A stretch of DNA of 64,000 bases from Clostridia bacterium (GCA_035561095.1 DATMYE010000026.1:7917-71916), one strand, 5' to 3'. Shown: positions 35,768-44,478, counted from the stretch's first letter. Made by a program: numbers and translations. Notes: generated by a model from the letters alone, not told the origin.

Positions 35768-37687
35768 TTATTCATCATCGTCTGTCGTGAGCGCGCTGAC
35801 CTCGAACTCCGCCTGCTCCCAGTCGCTGTAGCAGGTTTCAACCAACTGCCGCTGCGCATCCAGTTCCGCATAGACGGTTTTCGCCGCCTCAAAATCGCTC
35901 GCAATCTGCGGATCGAACGCCTTCCCCTGCAGCGCTTTGAGCTTCGCTTCTTCGGTGTGGACGCGTTCCTCCGCCTTGCGCAGCGCGGATTTTGCTTTGA
36001 CGAGTGCGCTTTTGCGCTCTTTGGCGAGTTGATAGTCGTTCTTGCTGACAGGTGCTTCCTTTTCCTTCGGCGCGGTGCTTTCCGCGAGAAATTCCTTATA
36101 CGCGTCCCAGTCGCCTTCAAACTCGCGCATGCCGTCCTCGTCCATGATGATGATCCGGTCGGCGATACGGTTTGCAAGATAGCGGTCGTGGGTGACGATC
36201 AGCATCGTTCCGCCGTAGTCGCTGAGTGCACCTTCGAGCGCTTCGCAGGACGGGATGTCGAGGTGGTTGGTCGGCTCGTCGAGAAAGAGCACGTTGCTGC
36301 CGTTGAGCATGAGCTTGAGCAGCTGGATGCGCGCGTATTCCCCGCCGGAGAGATCGCTCATGTGTTTGAATACATCGTCCCCGCGGAATAGAAACGAACC
36401 CAGCATGTTTCTCAGCTGCTTGGTGTCAAAGCGCGGGAACATGCCGTTGAGCGCTTCCAGCACTGTGCGCGGATCGTTCGGGCGAATCGATCCCTGCTCG
36501 TAGTAGCCGACGTGCACGTTGGAGCCGAGTTTATAGCTGCCGGAATCCGGCTCAATCTTGTTGGTGAGTATCTTGAGCAGTGTAGTTTTGCCGCAGCCGT
36601 TTGCGCCCAATAGACACACTTTCTCGTCGCGCCGGATCATCAAATCGAGGCTGCGGAAGATCTCCCGCTCGCCGAAGCGCTTGCTCAAATCCTTGCAGAC
36701 GACGACTTCGTTTGCGGTCAGTGCGTCTGCCCTGAGGTGAAAGTGAATCCCCTCCGGCGCGTCCTCCGGCTTGACAAGCGTGCTCTTGATGCGCTCGATC
36801 TGCTTCTCCTTCGAGGCGATGGTAACGTAGTTGCGCGCCTGGTTCCATCTGCGCTGCTGCTCGATGATGCCTTCAATGCGCTTGATCTCGCGCAGGGTGT
36901 TTTGGTATTTCCGCATGGCGAACTCGCGCTCATCCATCTTCTTTTCCATGGACTGGGTGTAGTTGCCGGAAAATTGGTTCATCGAGCCGTTTTCCAGCTC
37001 GAAGATGCGGTTGCAGACACGATCCAGAAAATAGCGGTCGTGGGAAATCAGCACAAACGCACCGCGAAACGCCGAAAGATAGGACTCCAGCCACTCCAGA
37101 GACGCAATGTCAAGGTGGTTTGTCGGCTCGTCGAGCAGAAGAAGATCGGCATCCGACAGCAGAATCTTCGCAAGCGACGCTTTGCGCATTTGTCCGCCGC
37201 TCATCACGGAGATCGGCTGCTCAAGCTGCGCTTCTGAAAAGCCGAGGCCAAGCAAGGTTGAACGCGTGCGCGCGCGGTAGGTCAATCCCCCGTCGGCGGT
37301 GTATCGATCCTGCAAATCCGCCTGTCTGCGGATGAGCGATTCGCTTGCGCCCTGTTGCTCAATCTTCTCGGCGATCTCGTGCAGCTCGCGCTCCGCGCGC
37401 ATCCATTTGCCGCTGGCTTCGAGCACGGCTTCGTAGAGTGTTTGACCGTTGCCCCAGTTCGGGCTTTGATCCAGCATCGCAACCGATGCGTTTTTTGTAA
37501 CGGAAAGCTGGCCGCGTCCGTCATGCGGCTCCAGCCCTGCAATCATGCGCATCAGTGTGCTCTTGCCGCAGCCATTGACCCCGACGAGGCCGACGTGATC
37601 CTGCTCAAACACATCAAACGCGATATCTGAAAATAAGGTTCTCTCTCCGAAGCTCTTCTCAAGCTCCTGCGCGTGAATCAGCGACAT
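35768..37687 (-). CDS. ABC-F family ATPase (translation factor type, no TM domain)
   Basis: Two ABC cassettes (GVNGCGKST/LSGGQ and GANGCGKTT/LSGGE) and a C-terminal coiled coil. Start trimmed to the ATG at 37687, with GGAG 9 nt upstream. Confidence 0.9.
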   Translation of the reverse strand: MSLIHAQELEKSFGERTLFSDIAFDVFEQDHVGLVGVNGCGKSTLMRMIAGLEPHDGRGQLSVTKNASVAMLDQSPNWGNGQTLYEAVLEASGKWMRAERELHEIAEKIEQQGASESLIRRQADLQDRYTADGGLTYRARTRSTLLGLGFSEAQLEQPISVMSGGQMRKASLAKILLSDADLLLLDEPTNHLDIASLEWLESYLSAFRGAFVLISHDRYFLDRVCNRIFELENGSMNQFSGNYTQSMEKKMDEREFAMRKYQNTLREIKRIEGIIEQQRRWNQARNYVTIASKEKQIERIKSTLVKPEDAPEGIHFHLRADALTANEVVVCKDLSKRFGEREIFRSLDLMIRRDEKVCLLGANGCGKTTLLKILTNKIEPDSGSYKLGSNVHVGYYEQGSIRPNDPRTVLEALNGMFPRFDTKQLRNMLGSFLFRGDDVFKHMSDLSGGEYARIQLLKLMLNGSNVLFLDEPTNHLDIPSCEALEGALSDYGGTMLIVTHDRYLANRIADRIIIMDEDGMREFEGDWDAYKEFLAESTAPKEKEAPVSKNDYQLAKERKSALVKAKSALRKAEERVHTEEAKLKALQGKAFDPQIASDFEAAKTVYAELDAQRQLVETCYSDWEQAEFEVSALTTDDDE

Positions 37688-37716
37688 CGTGTTGTTCTCC
37701 AATAGTAAGACAGTTT

Positions 37717-37745
37717 ATTTTACCATAGCGAACACGTATTTGCAA
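37717..37745 (-). promoter_or_regulatory. Candidate ABC-F promoter
   Basis: Minus strand TTGCAA-17 nt-TAAAAT with an extended TG. Confidence 0.55.
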
Positions 37746-37995
37746 AAGCAGACGGCGGTGTTTTATGCAAACAAACCGTGTCAAATTTCATTGTTTTCTC
37801 GAGTAATTCCACATGAATTTTCCTGTAAACGGTACATAACAAACAGATTGTATCCGTCGTGTACAAAATCTTGTTACATTTTGGCATCCATGTTTTGAAA
37901 ATGTTCAAACCAAAGTGCGACAGAATCGCTATAATAAGAGTATTGACAGGCATATTCTCCATGCGATTTTCTAAGCAACGAGTGAGGTATCATAT

Positions 37996-39294
37996 TTGAA
38001 TACGCCCCGCCTACCTTCCGGAAAACCGAATAAGCACGTCTTCCCGCCTTCCGCGCGCACATGGATTTTGACCATTGCGGGCGGTTGCGTGATTGCGTTT
38101 ATCATTCTGCCGCTGGCGATCAACTATTTCACCGGCGCCAACGCGGTTGCGCAGGAAGCGGACCGCATCGTCCGCGAAGCGACGCCGACGCCGATTCCTT
38201 TCAGCGCCGATGTGCTCGCGCCGACCTCCTGCGCGGTCGATACCCCGCAGCCGGAACCGGAAGCAACCGCGGGCGTGATGGTATCGCAGTTCACACTGCT
38301 GCAGGAGAACGACGATTACCCGACCGTTTCCCAGCTGCAAAACAGGTTGATGGAGCTCGGCTACCTCGATTCCGACGAACCGACAACGGTCTATAACGCT
38401 GCGACCACGGTTGCCGTTTCGCTCTTCCAGCGCACGATCAGCGCACCCATGGACGGCGTCGCGACCGGAGAGCTTCAGGAGCATCTCTTCAGCGCGGAAG
38501 CCAAGCCGTATGAGATCAAGCTTGGCGACAGCGGCACGGACGTGGAGAGCATGCAGTCCCGCCTCAATGAGCTGGGCTATTACACCGATAAGATCAACGG
38601 CTATTTCGGCGTTGCAACTGAGGAGGCGCTACGGGCGTTTCAGGTGAAGAATAAGATCACGGATGACAGCGTGTTCAACGTGGAAGACCGCGACCTGCTC
38701 TATTCGCCGCAAGCGCGCCCGAAGATCGACCCGACACCGACGCCTTCACCGAAACCCACACCGAAGCCGACCAAGAAACCGACCACGACCAAGAAACCCA
38801 CGACGACCTCCTCCGGCGGCACGACCACGAACTCCGGCAGCAGCAGCACCGCGGCACCCGTTGTGACGGAAGCACCGGTCACCGAAGAAGTTAGCTACAA
38901 TGCATCCTATAGCCCCGACGGGCTGATCTCGGTTGCGAGCGCAATGCTCGGCAAACCCTACTCCTGGTCGGAGGAAAGCCCGTCCAGAGGCTTCGATTGC
39001 TCGGGGCTAGTCTACTTCTCTCTGCGCACCTGCGGCGTCAGCACGAGCCGCTACAGCGCGGCGGGGTTCTCCTCCGTGAGCGGCTGGACGGAGATCACCT
39101 CCATCGGCGATCTGCAGAAAGGCGATCTAGTGTTCTTTAAGAACGATACGTCAGACCGTGTGAGCCACACCGGCATCTACGCAGGCGGCGGAAAATTCAT
39201 CCACGCTTCGTCCAGCGCCGGCAAGGTCATCACGAGTTCGATCTCCACCGCGTACTGGACGCGCAATTTTGTCAACGGCAGGCGCGTGTTCTGA
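37996..39294 (+). CDS. Cell-wall hydrolase: TM anchor, two PG_binding_1 repeats, Pro/Thr linker, NlpC/P60 domain
   Basis: Motifs LQNRLMELGYLD and MQSRLNELGYYT, a PTPTPSPKPTPKPTKKPTTTKKPTTT linker, and catalytic FDCSGLVYF...HTGIY...IHAS. TTG start, less certain. Confidence 0.85.
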   Translation: MNTPRLPSGKPNKHVFPPSARTWILTIAGGCVIAFIILPLAINYFTGANAVAQEADRIVREATPTPIPFSADVLAPTSCAVDTPQPEPEATAGVMVSQFTLLQENDDYPTVSQLQNRLMELGYLDSDEPTTVYNAATTVAVSLFQRTISAPMDGVATGELQEHLFSAEAKPYEIKLGDSGTDVESMQSRLNELGYYTDKINGYFGVATEEALRAFQVKNKITDDSVFNVEDRDLLYSPQARPKIDPTPTPSPKPTPKPTKKPTTTKKPTTTSSGGTTTNSGSSSTAAPVVTEAPVTEEVSYNASYSPDGLISVASAMLGKPYSWSEESPSRGFDCSGLVYFSLRTCGVSTSRYSAAGFSSVSGWTEITSIGDLQKGDLVFFKNDTSDRVSHTGIYAGGGKFIHASSSAGKVITSSISTAYWTRNFVNGRRVF

Positions 39295-39295
39295 T

Positions 39296-40180
39296 ATGGA
39301 AGCTTGTATGCTGTGTCCCCGTATGTGCGGGGCGGATCGAACCAAACAGCGCGGCGTTTGCGGCGCGGATGATCAGGTGCGCGTGGCAAAGCTCATGCTG
39401 CACCAGTGGGAGGAGCCGTTTATCAGCGGATCGCGCGGCTCCGGCACCGTGTTTTTCTCCGGCTGCAACCTCGGCTGCGTCTATTGCCAGAATCACGAAA
39501 TCCGGGACGGCGGCATCGGTGACATCTTTGACGCAAACTCGCTTGCGGAAGCATACCTGACGCTTCAGCAGGAAGGCGCACACAACATCAATCTTGTAAC
39601 CGCGGCGCCTTATGTTCCTCAAGTTGCTAAGAGTCTCCGCCTTGCGAGATCCCGTGGGCTGCATGTCCCAGTCGTTTACAATTCCAGCGGCTATGAGTGC
39701 GTCGAGGCGATTCAATCTCTGGAAGGCCTGGTTGACATCTATCTGCCGGATTTCAAGTACGTTTCTCCCCTGCTCGCGGGGAAATTCTCCAACGCACCGG
39801 ATTACGCGGAGGTTGCTTCCGCTGCAATTCAGGAGATGTATCGTCAGGCCGGTGATCTGATTTTGGATGATGAAGGTATCGCAACGAGGGGACTCGTCAT
39901 CCGTCATCTCATCCTGCCGGGCTGCGCAGATGATTCCAGAAAGGTGCTGGACAGGATCGTCTCCTTCCTTCCGCTCTCCACGCACATCTCGCTGATGAGC
40001 CAGTATACGCCACAGGAGCATACAACCGAGTTCCCGTTAAACCGCAGAATCACGCAAAGAGAGTATGACCGCGTGATCTCGTATGCACTGTCGCTGGGGT
40101 TACACAACATCTTGTTACAGGAGCGTGACTCGGCAAAATCCGTTTACACGCCACAGTTCACAGAACCGATAAAAATTTGA
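39296..40180 (+). CDS. Radical SAM protein (PflX-like activating-enzyme family)
   Basis: CNLGCVYCQN (CX3CX2C) and an N-terminal CPRMCGADR..GVCG cluster. The ATG lies 1 nt after the upstream stop. Confidence 0.85.
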   Translation: MEACMLCPRMCGADRTKQRGVCGADDQVRVAKLMLHQWEEPFISGSRGSGTVFFSGCNLGCVYCQNHEIRDGGIGDIFDANSLAEAYLTLQQEGAHNINLVTAAPYVPQVAKSLRLARSRGLHVPVVYNSSGYECVEAIQSLEGLVDIYLPDFKYVSPLLAGKFSNAPDYAEVASAAIQEMYRQAGDLILDDEGIATRGLVIRHLILPGCADDSRKVLDRIVSFLPLSTHISLMSQYTPQEHTTEFPLNRRITQREYDRVISYALSLGLHNILLQERDSAKSVYTPQFTEPIKI

Positions 40181-40202
40181 CACAATTAACGCATAGATTT
40201 GC

Positions 40203-40231
40203 TTGCAATTGCATAATTCGGGTGATATACT
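40203..40231 (+). promoter_or_regulatory. Orphan sigma-A promoter with no downstream ORF
   Basis: TTGCAA-17 nt-TATACT with an extended TG (TGaTATACT). The 10-bp palindrome TGCAATTGCA overlaps the -35. Confidence 0.6.
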
Positions 40232-40386
40232 CGAACCATAAAAGTTCATAAGTTTCCGTCCGTTATGTGTGTTTTTTCATTACCGATTTCCTCCTTAAAA
40301 CCGCGTAACCGAACTACATCGTAACATCATAATTACTTTCTGGTGGATAGGGCACCATCGGAAAGGCTTAGCGGACGGAAAGTACA

Positions 40387-40564
40387 AAGGAGCTAGGAAA
40401 CTAGCTCCTTGTCTATTTTATTTAGCAGTTCGAAACTGCCTCAACATTTCGGTTTTTATCCGGAGCCAAGAAATTGGCTCCTTGTCTATTTTATCCAGCA
40501 GTTCGAAGCTGCCTCCACATTTCGGTTTTCATCTGAAGCTAGGAAACTAGCTCCTTGTCTATTT
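40387..40564 (+). repeat. Tandem repeat, 73-nt period, 2.4 copies, each starting with a GAAA-tetraloop hairpin
   Basis: Copies start at 40388, 40461 and 40534, and copies A and B differ at about 10 of 73 positions. Hairpin GGAGCTAG-gaaa-CTAGCTCC in copies A and C versus GGAGCCAA-gaaa-TTGGCTCC in copy B gives two compensatory pairs. Confidence 0.85.
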
Positions 40565-40583
40565 AATAGAATCTAAACAGAAA

Positions 40584-40614
40584 AGAGCAGGAACTATCTC
40601 CTGCTCTTTTTATT
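40584..40614. terminator. Bidirectional intrinsic terminator (candidate RNA on +, glcK on -)
   Basis: AGAGCAGGA-actatc-TCCTGCTCT followed by TTTTTATT on the + strand and TTTTCTGTTT on the - strand. Confidence 0.7.
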
Positions 40615-40645
40615 GGGTTTGGGCGACGCCCAAACAAATTATCCC

Positions 40646-41593
40646 TTATCTTTGCAAATACAGCATCGCGGCGCCGACGATACCTGCGTCGTTTTTCATC
40701 TCCGCGGTCACGATTTTCGCGTGGTTCTTGAAGAACGCATACTTCTTCGCGTACTCGCGGATCGGAGCAAGCAGAAATTCGCCGTCGTTGCTGACACCAC
40801 CGCCAAAGGCGATGATCTCCGGATCGAACAGCGCAATCGCCGTGCAGGCTGTAGCGCCAAGATAATCCGTAAACCGGTTATAGACTTCGCACGCAACCGG
40901 ATCGCCTTCCCGCGCGCAGTCCATGACGAGTTTTGCGTTGATCTTGGTCAGATCCCCCTGCGCGCGCTGATACATCGCGCTCTCGTGATGCTGACCCGCG
41001 GCTTTTCTGCCTTCGCGAACGAGCGCTGTCGCGGAGCAGTACGACTCGATGCAGCCGCGCTGACCGCAGGTGCAGGGTTCGCCGCCAAAGAGCAGCACCG
41101 CGTGCCCGAACTCAAACCCGTTCTTCTTACCGCCGACGAAAATCTTTCCGTCGAGTACAAGCCCGCCGCCGATGCCGGTGCCAATCGTGATCAAAAGGCC
41201 GGAAGAGCAGCCGCGGAATGCGCCGCTGTAATACTCAGCGAGTGCCGCCGCGTTTGCATCGTTTTCGACATAGACCGTAACGCCGGGGAACCCGTCGCCG
41301 ACGAGCTTGCAGAGCGGGAAATCGTGATAATCGAGGTTGTGCGCATCGATGACCACACCGCGGTCATAGTCGATGCTACCGGGCACGGCAAGGCCAATTC
41401 CCGCAATCTCCTCCGTTCGGAGATGATTCTCTTCGATCAGGTCGCGGATGAGCGACTGAATCGTCGCAATCGAATCCTTCGCCTCTCCCGTATGCGGAAA
41501 CGGAAGAGCTTTTTTACTCACAAGCGTATAGTCGTCCTTCACGACGCCAGCCGCGATCTTGCTTCCGCCGATATCTACACCAATACTGTACAT
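40646..41593 (-). CDS. glcK: ROK-family glucokinase
   Basis: GVDIGGSKI N-terminus and the zinc motif CTCGQRGCIESY. Confidence 0.88.
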   Translation of the reverse strand: MYSIGVDIGGSKIAAGVVKDDYTLVSKKALPFPHTGEAKDSIATIQSLIRDLIEENHLRTEEIAGIGLAVPGSIDYDRGVVIDAHNLDYHDFPLCKLVGDGFPGVTVYVENDANAAALAEYYSGAFRGCSSGLLITIGTGIGGGLVLDGKIFVGGKKNGFEFGHAVLLFGGEPCTCGQRGCIESYCSATALVREGRKAAGQHHESAMYQRAQGDLTKINAKLVMDCAREGDPVACEVYNRFTDYLGATACTAIALFDPEIIAFGGGVSNDGEFLLAPIREYAKKYAFFKNHAKIVTAEMKNDAGIVGAAMLYLQR

Positions 41594-41671
41594 GCTGACT
41601 CCTCCTGAACCGAACGGTTTAAATTCAAATGTACTCTTCGAACACCGGCTTCGCCGGAAAAGAAGCGACGA

Positions 41672-42469
41672 TTAACAAAGCACGTGATCCTCAATAAATA
41701 CCGCGACGCCGTCCTCGCCGCATGGCGGTACGATCAAATCCGCAATCGAAAGCACCTCAGGCGCGGCATCTGCAACGCTCACACCCAAGCCTGCCCACTG
41801 AAGCATCTCGAGATCGAGAAAGTTATCTCCGACCGCTGCGATTTGATCCTGACGGATGTTTAGCATCGAACCAAGCTCGGAAAGCGCGGTGGCTTTTGTG
41901 ATCTCCAGACGGTTGATCTCAATAAATCCGGGACTGGAGCGGGAAACCTGCGCGATGCCTGCAAATCGTTCGCGATACATCGCAAAGAGCTCGTTTTCTC
42001 CGCCTACAGGCGCAAACGCAAGAATTTTCGGAACATTGTGATACGTGTGTTTGCCGATCTCCGGATCAACGACAAATGTAAATTTATGACGGTTTGTATA
42101 TCCGTTCGCGGCTTCGCTTTCGGAGCTGCTGATGACCGTTTCGTCGAGATAAATCTGTGCGGGCACCTGCATCTGTCTGGAAAACTCCAGCACCTCGTGG
42201 ATGACTTCCGGCGGAATCTCGTGCAACACAAGCGCGCGCTCCGTGTCGATATCTGCAATCATTGCGCCGCCATAATTGATCGAAGGCCCGTGCAGCTCCA
42301 GAAATCTCCATACAGGGCGGGTGGCGATGCGTCCCCTCCCCGTTGCGAGTACCACGTGGATACCCGCGTCGATGGCGCGCCGGACGGCGAGACGGTTGCG
42401 TTCGCTGATGATGCCCGCGTGGTTGGTCAGCGTACCGTCTATGTCCAGCGCGATGAGTTTGATATCCAT
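41672..42469 (-). CDS. Cof-type HAD-IIB phosphatase
   Basis: LIALDIDGTL and GDNFLDLEM motifs. Start trimmed to the ATG at 42469, with GGGAGA upstream. Confidence 0.88.
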   Translation of the reverse strand: MDIKLIALDIDGTLTNHAGIISERNRLAVRRAIDAGIHVVLATGRGRIATRPVWRFLELHGPSINYGGAMIADIDTERALVLHEIPPEVIHEVLEFSRQMQVPAQIYLDETVISSSESEAANGYTNRHKFTFVVDPEIGKHTYHNVPKILAFAPVGGENELFAMYRERFAGIAQVSRSSPGFIEINRLEITKATALSELGSMLNIRQDQIAAVGDNFLDLEMLQWAGLGVSVADAAPEVLSIADLIVPPCGEDGVAVFIEDHVLC

Positions 42470-42515
42470 GATTTCTCCCGACTCGTGTTCTGCGCCGTTT
42501 GCGGCTGCAGTTGTG

Positions 42516-43757
42516 TTACCGGATCTGTCCCGATCCACGGATCGTGTATTTCACCGTGGTCAGTTCGTCGAGCCCCATCGGCCCGCGCGCGTGGATCTTC
42601 TGTGTGCTGATACCGATCTCCGCGCCAAAGCCAAACTCCTCGCCATCCGTGAATCTCGTCGAGGCGTTGACATAGACCGCGGCGGAGTTAACCTCGTTGA
42701 GGAAGCGTTCCGCGGTGGTGATCAGGCTTGTGACAATCGCATCGCTGTGGTGCGTGCCGTAGGTTTCGATGTGCGCAACCGCTTCGTCGAACGAATCGAC
42801 CACTTTGACCGAAAGGATCAGATCGTTGTATTCTGTCGACCAATCCTCTTCTGTGGCGTCGATTGTGCCCGGCATCAGCGCCTTTGCGCGCGTGTCGCAG
42901 CGCAGCTCTACCCCGCGTGCGGTCAATCGCTTTGCGATTTGCGGCAGGCAGTCTTTCGCGACGCTTTGATGCACAAGCAGCGTCTCCGCCGCGTTGCAGA
43001 CGGAAGGACGCGAGCACTTCGCGTTCTCAATGATGTCGGCTGCCATGGTTAGGTCTGCCGTTTCATCGATATAGACGTGGCAAACGCCGGACCCTGTTTC
43101 GATGACCGGGATCGTCGCTTGCTGTACGACGCTCCGGATCAAGCCGGCGCCGCCGCGCGGAATTAGAACGTCGATGAGGCCGTTGAGCTTCATCATTTCG
43201 GCTGCCGTCGCACGGTCGGTATCGCGCAGGAGCTGAATCGCGCCGTCGGGGATTCCGCTCTTCACCGCGGCAGCGTTCAGTGCGTCGGTGATGGCGCTGT
43301 TGCTCAAGAGCGCTTCGCTTCCGCCGCGTAGCACACAGGCGTTGCCGCTCTTGATACAGAGCGCAATCGCGTCGGCCGTGACGTTCGGGCGCGCTTCATA
43401 GATGATGCCGATGACGCCGAGTGGTACGCGACGCTTCTCGATGCGCATGCCGTTTGGATGCACGGTCACGGAGTCGCTCTTGCCGATCGGATCATGCAGG
43501 AGGGCGACTTTTTTCATGCCGTTTGCCATGCCTTCGATGCGCTTTTGATCGAGTGTCAGGCGGTCGATGAACGACTCTTTGACATTGCATTCTTTCGCGT
43601 TCTTGACATCCTCTGCGTTTGCAGCAAGAATCACAGGCGCGGCTGTCAGCAGTGCGTCTGCCATTGCAAGCAATGCGTCGTTTCTTGTTTGTGCGGATGT
43701 GATGGAAAGCTTGCCGGAGGCAGCTTTTGCGCTTAGTGCCAGTTCACGAACATTCAT
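42516..43757 (-). CDS. proA: Glutamate-5-semialdehyde dehydrogenase
   Basis: ALDH fold with the catalytic Cys context SVCNAAETLLVH. Start trimmed to the ATG at 43757. Confidence 0.95.
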   Translation of the reverse strand: MNVRELALSAKAASGKLSITSAQTRNDALLAMADALLTAAPVILAANAEDVKNAKECNVKESFIDRLTLDQKRIEGMANGMKKVALLHDPIGKSDSVTVHPNGMRIEKRRVPLGVIGIIYEARPNVTADAIALCIKSGNACVLRGGSEALLSNSAITDALNAAAVKSGIPDGAIQLLRDTDRATAAEMMKLNGLIDVLIPRGGAGLIRSVVQQATIPVIETGSGVCHVYIDETADLTMAADIIENAKCSRPSVCNAAETLLVHQSVAKDCLPQIAKRLTARGVELRCDTRAKALMPGTIDATEEDWSTEYNDLILSVKVVDSFDEAVAHIETYGTHHSDAIVTSLITTAERFLNEVNSAAVYVNASTRFTDGEEFGFGAEIGISTQKIHARGPMGLDELTTVKYTIRGSGQIR

Positions 43758-43785
43758 GGGATATCCCCCTCCAAACTTTCCACAC

Positions 43786-43814
43786 ATTATATCGTATATA
43801 GTTACGAATCACAA
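43786..43814 (-). promoter_or_regulatory. Candidate proA promoter
   Basis: Minus strand TTGTGA-17 nt-TATAAT. Confidence 0.55.
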
Positions 43815-43816
43815 GT

Positions 43817-43831
43817 TGTAAACAGTTTACA
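43817..43831. promoter_or_regulatory. Palindrome TGTAAAC-a-GTTTACA, candidate operator
   Basis: Perfect 7-bp arms abutting the proA -35, about 30 nt upstream of the flavodoxin-like gene pair. Confidence 0.4.
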
Positions 43832-43917
43832 TACGACAAAGCACGTCAAGGTGATTTTACTTGACGGTTCAGCCGGTTCGTGATACTCCTATGTTGAACA
43901 CACAATGGAGGGTTATC

Positions 43918-44478
43918 ATGCAAGTATATATGATCTCGGACGGCGAATTTCAAACGCCGCGCTTGAGCGAAATTACGGAGCTGTTACGCGGCTATTTTTC
44001 CGCGCGCGGCTTTACCATCGTGGAAAAGACAATCCAGCGCGACGAGCTTGCGTTTTGTCGCGGTTGCTTCGACTGTTGGGTGAAGACGCCCGGCGAATGC
44101 GTCATGCGGGATGGAATCACAGAGATCAACCGCACCTGCATGACGAGCGACGTGGTTGTCTACCTTTGCCCTGTCGTGTTCGGACAGTTCTCCGCAAACA
44201 TGAAGTACGCGATCGACCGTTGGCTGCCGAACATGCTGCCGTATTTCATCGTGCGCAAGGACGGCTCGACCATGCATTCGCCGAGATACAAGGATTATCC
44301 GGCGCAGATCTTTCTAGGTTACGGTGAGCATCTTTCGGAAACGGAAATGCGACTCTTTACCGACATCAACACAAAGCACAGAAGCAGCGTGACGGTCATG
44401 TTCGACCGCGGCGACGACGGGGCTATCTGCTCCGCCATCGGCGCGAGCCCGCTGCACCGGATCGGAGGTGCGCTATGA
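43918..44478 (+). CDS. Flavodoxin-fold protein with compact Cys motif (iron-sulfur flavoprotein-like)
   Basis: CRGCFDCWVKTPGEC (CX2CX2CX7C). Start trimmed to the ATG at 43918, with GGAGGG 5 nt upstream. Confidence 0.7.
   Translation: MQVYMISDGEFQTPRLSEITELLRGYFSARGFTIVEKTIQRDELAFCRGCFDCWVKTPGECVMRDGITEINRTCMTSDVVVYLCPVVFGQFSANMKYAIDRWLPNMLPYFIVRKDGSTMHSPRYKDYPAQIFLGYGEHLSETEMRLFTDINTKHRSSVTVMFDRGDDGAICSAIGASPLHRIGGAL

Larger units (their letters stand above)
40238..40614 (+). ncRNA. Candidate novel small RNA (about 375 nt, class unknown)
   Basis: Bounded by the orphan promoter and an intrinsic terminator. No ORF of 60 aa or more on any frame across 40181-40612. A 13-bp long-range helix pairs 40253-40265 with 40369-40381. 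An unpaired UUUCCUCCUU lies at 40287-40296. Three GAAA-tetraloop hairpins are present. A U-A to U.G change in a repeat hairpin fits only the + strand. Confidence 0.4.

Noticed and set aside
37720-37962. 80-aa ORF in the AT-rich divergent region
   Set aside because: It has no SD, overlaps the predicted ABC-F promoter, and has an odd composition. It is probably a chance ORF in AT-rich DNA.
38716-38871. Repetitive ACC/CCG-rich DNA
   Set aside because: It encodes the Pro/Thr/Lys linker of the NlpC/P60 protein. This is low-complexity coding sequence, not a repeat element.
40263-40297. Minus-strand AAGGAGG followed 9 nt later by a 5-codon ORF (MKKHT)
   Set aside because: There is no promoter and no downstream gene on that strand, since it runs antisense into the radical-SAM gene. 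The sequence is more plausibly the complement of an anti-SD CCUCC tract in a + strand RNA.
40387-40410. The hairpin with AGC and a GAAA tetraloop as a group II intron domain V
   Set aside because: The stem is only 10 bp and lacks the conserved 2-nt bulge. It is repeated three times, and there is no intron-encoded RT or other intron domains nearby.
40425-40533. Two 9-codon mini-ORFs on the minus strand inside the repeats (MWRQLRTAG and MLRQFRTAK)
   Set aside because: They have no SD at a workable distance. All three codon differences between the copies are non-synonymous. The same positions are better explained by hairpin pairing on the + strand.
40387-40564. CRISPR array interpretation of the tandem repeats
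   Set aside because: The units are contiguous 73-nt near-identical copies with no unique spacers between short repeats. There are no cas genes in the window.
43817-43831. Interpreting the palindrome as a CcpA cre site
   Set aside because: cre is a 14-mer with a central CG (TGWAANCGNTNWCA). This palindrome is 15 nt with a single central A, so it does not fit. It is kept only as a generic operator candidate.
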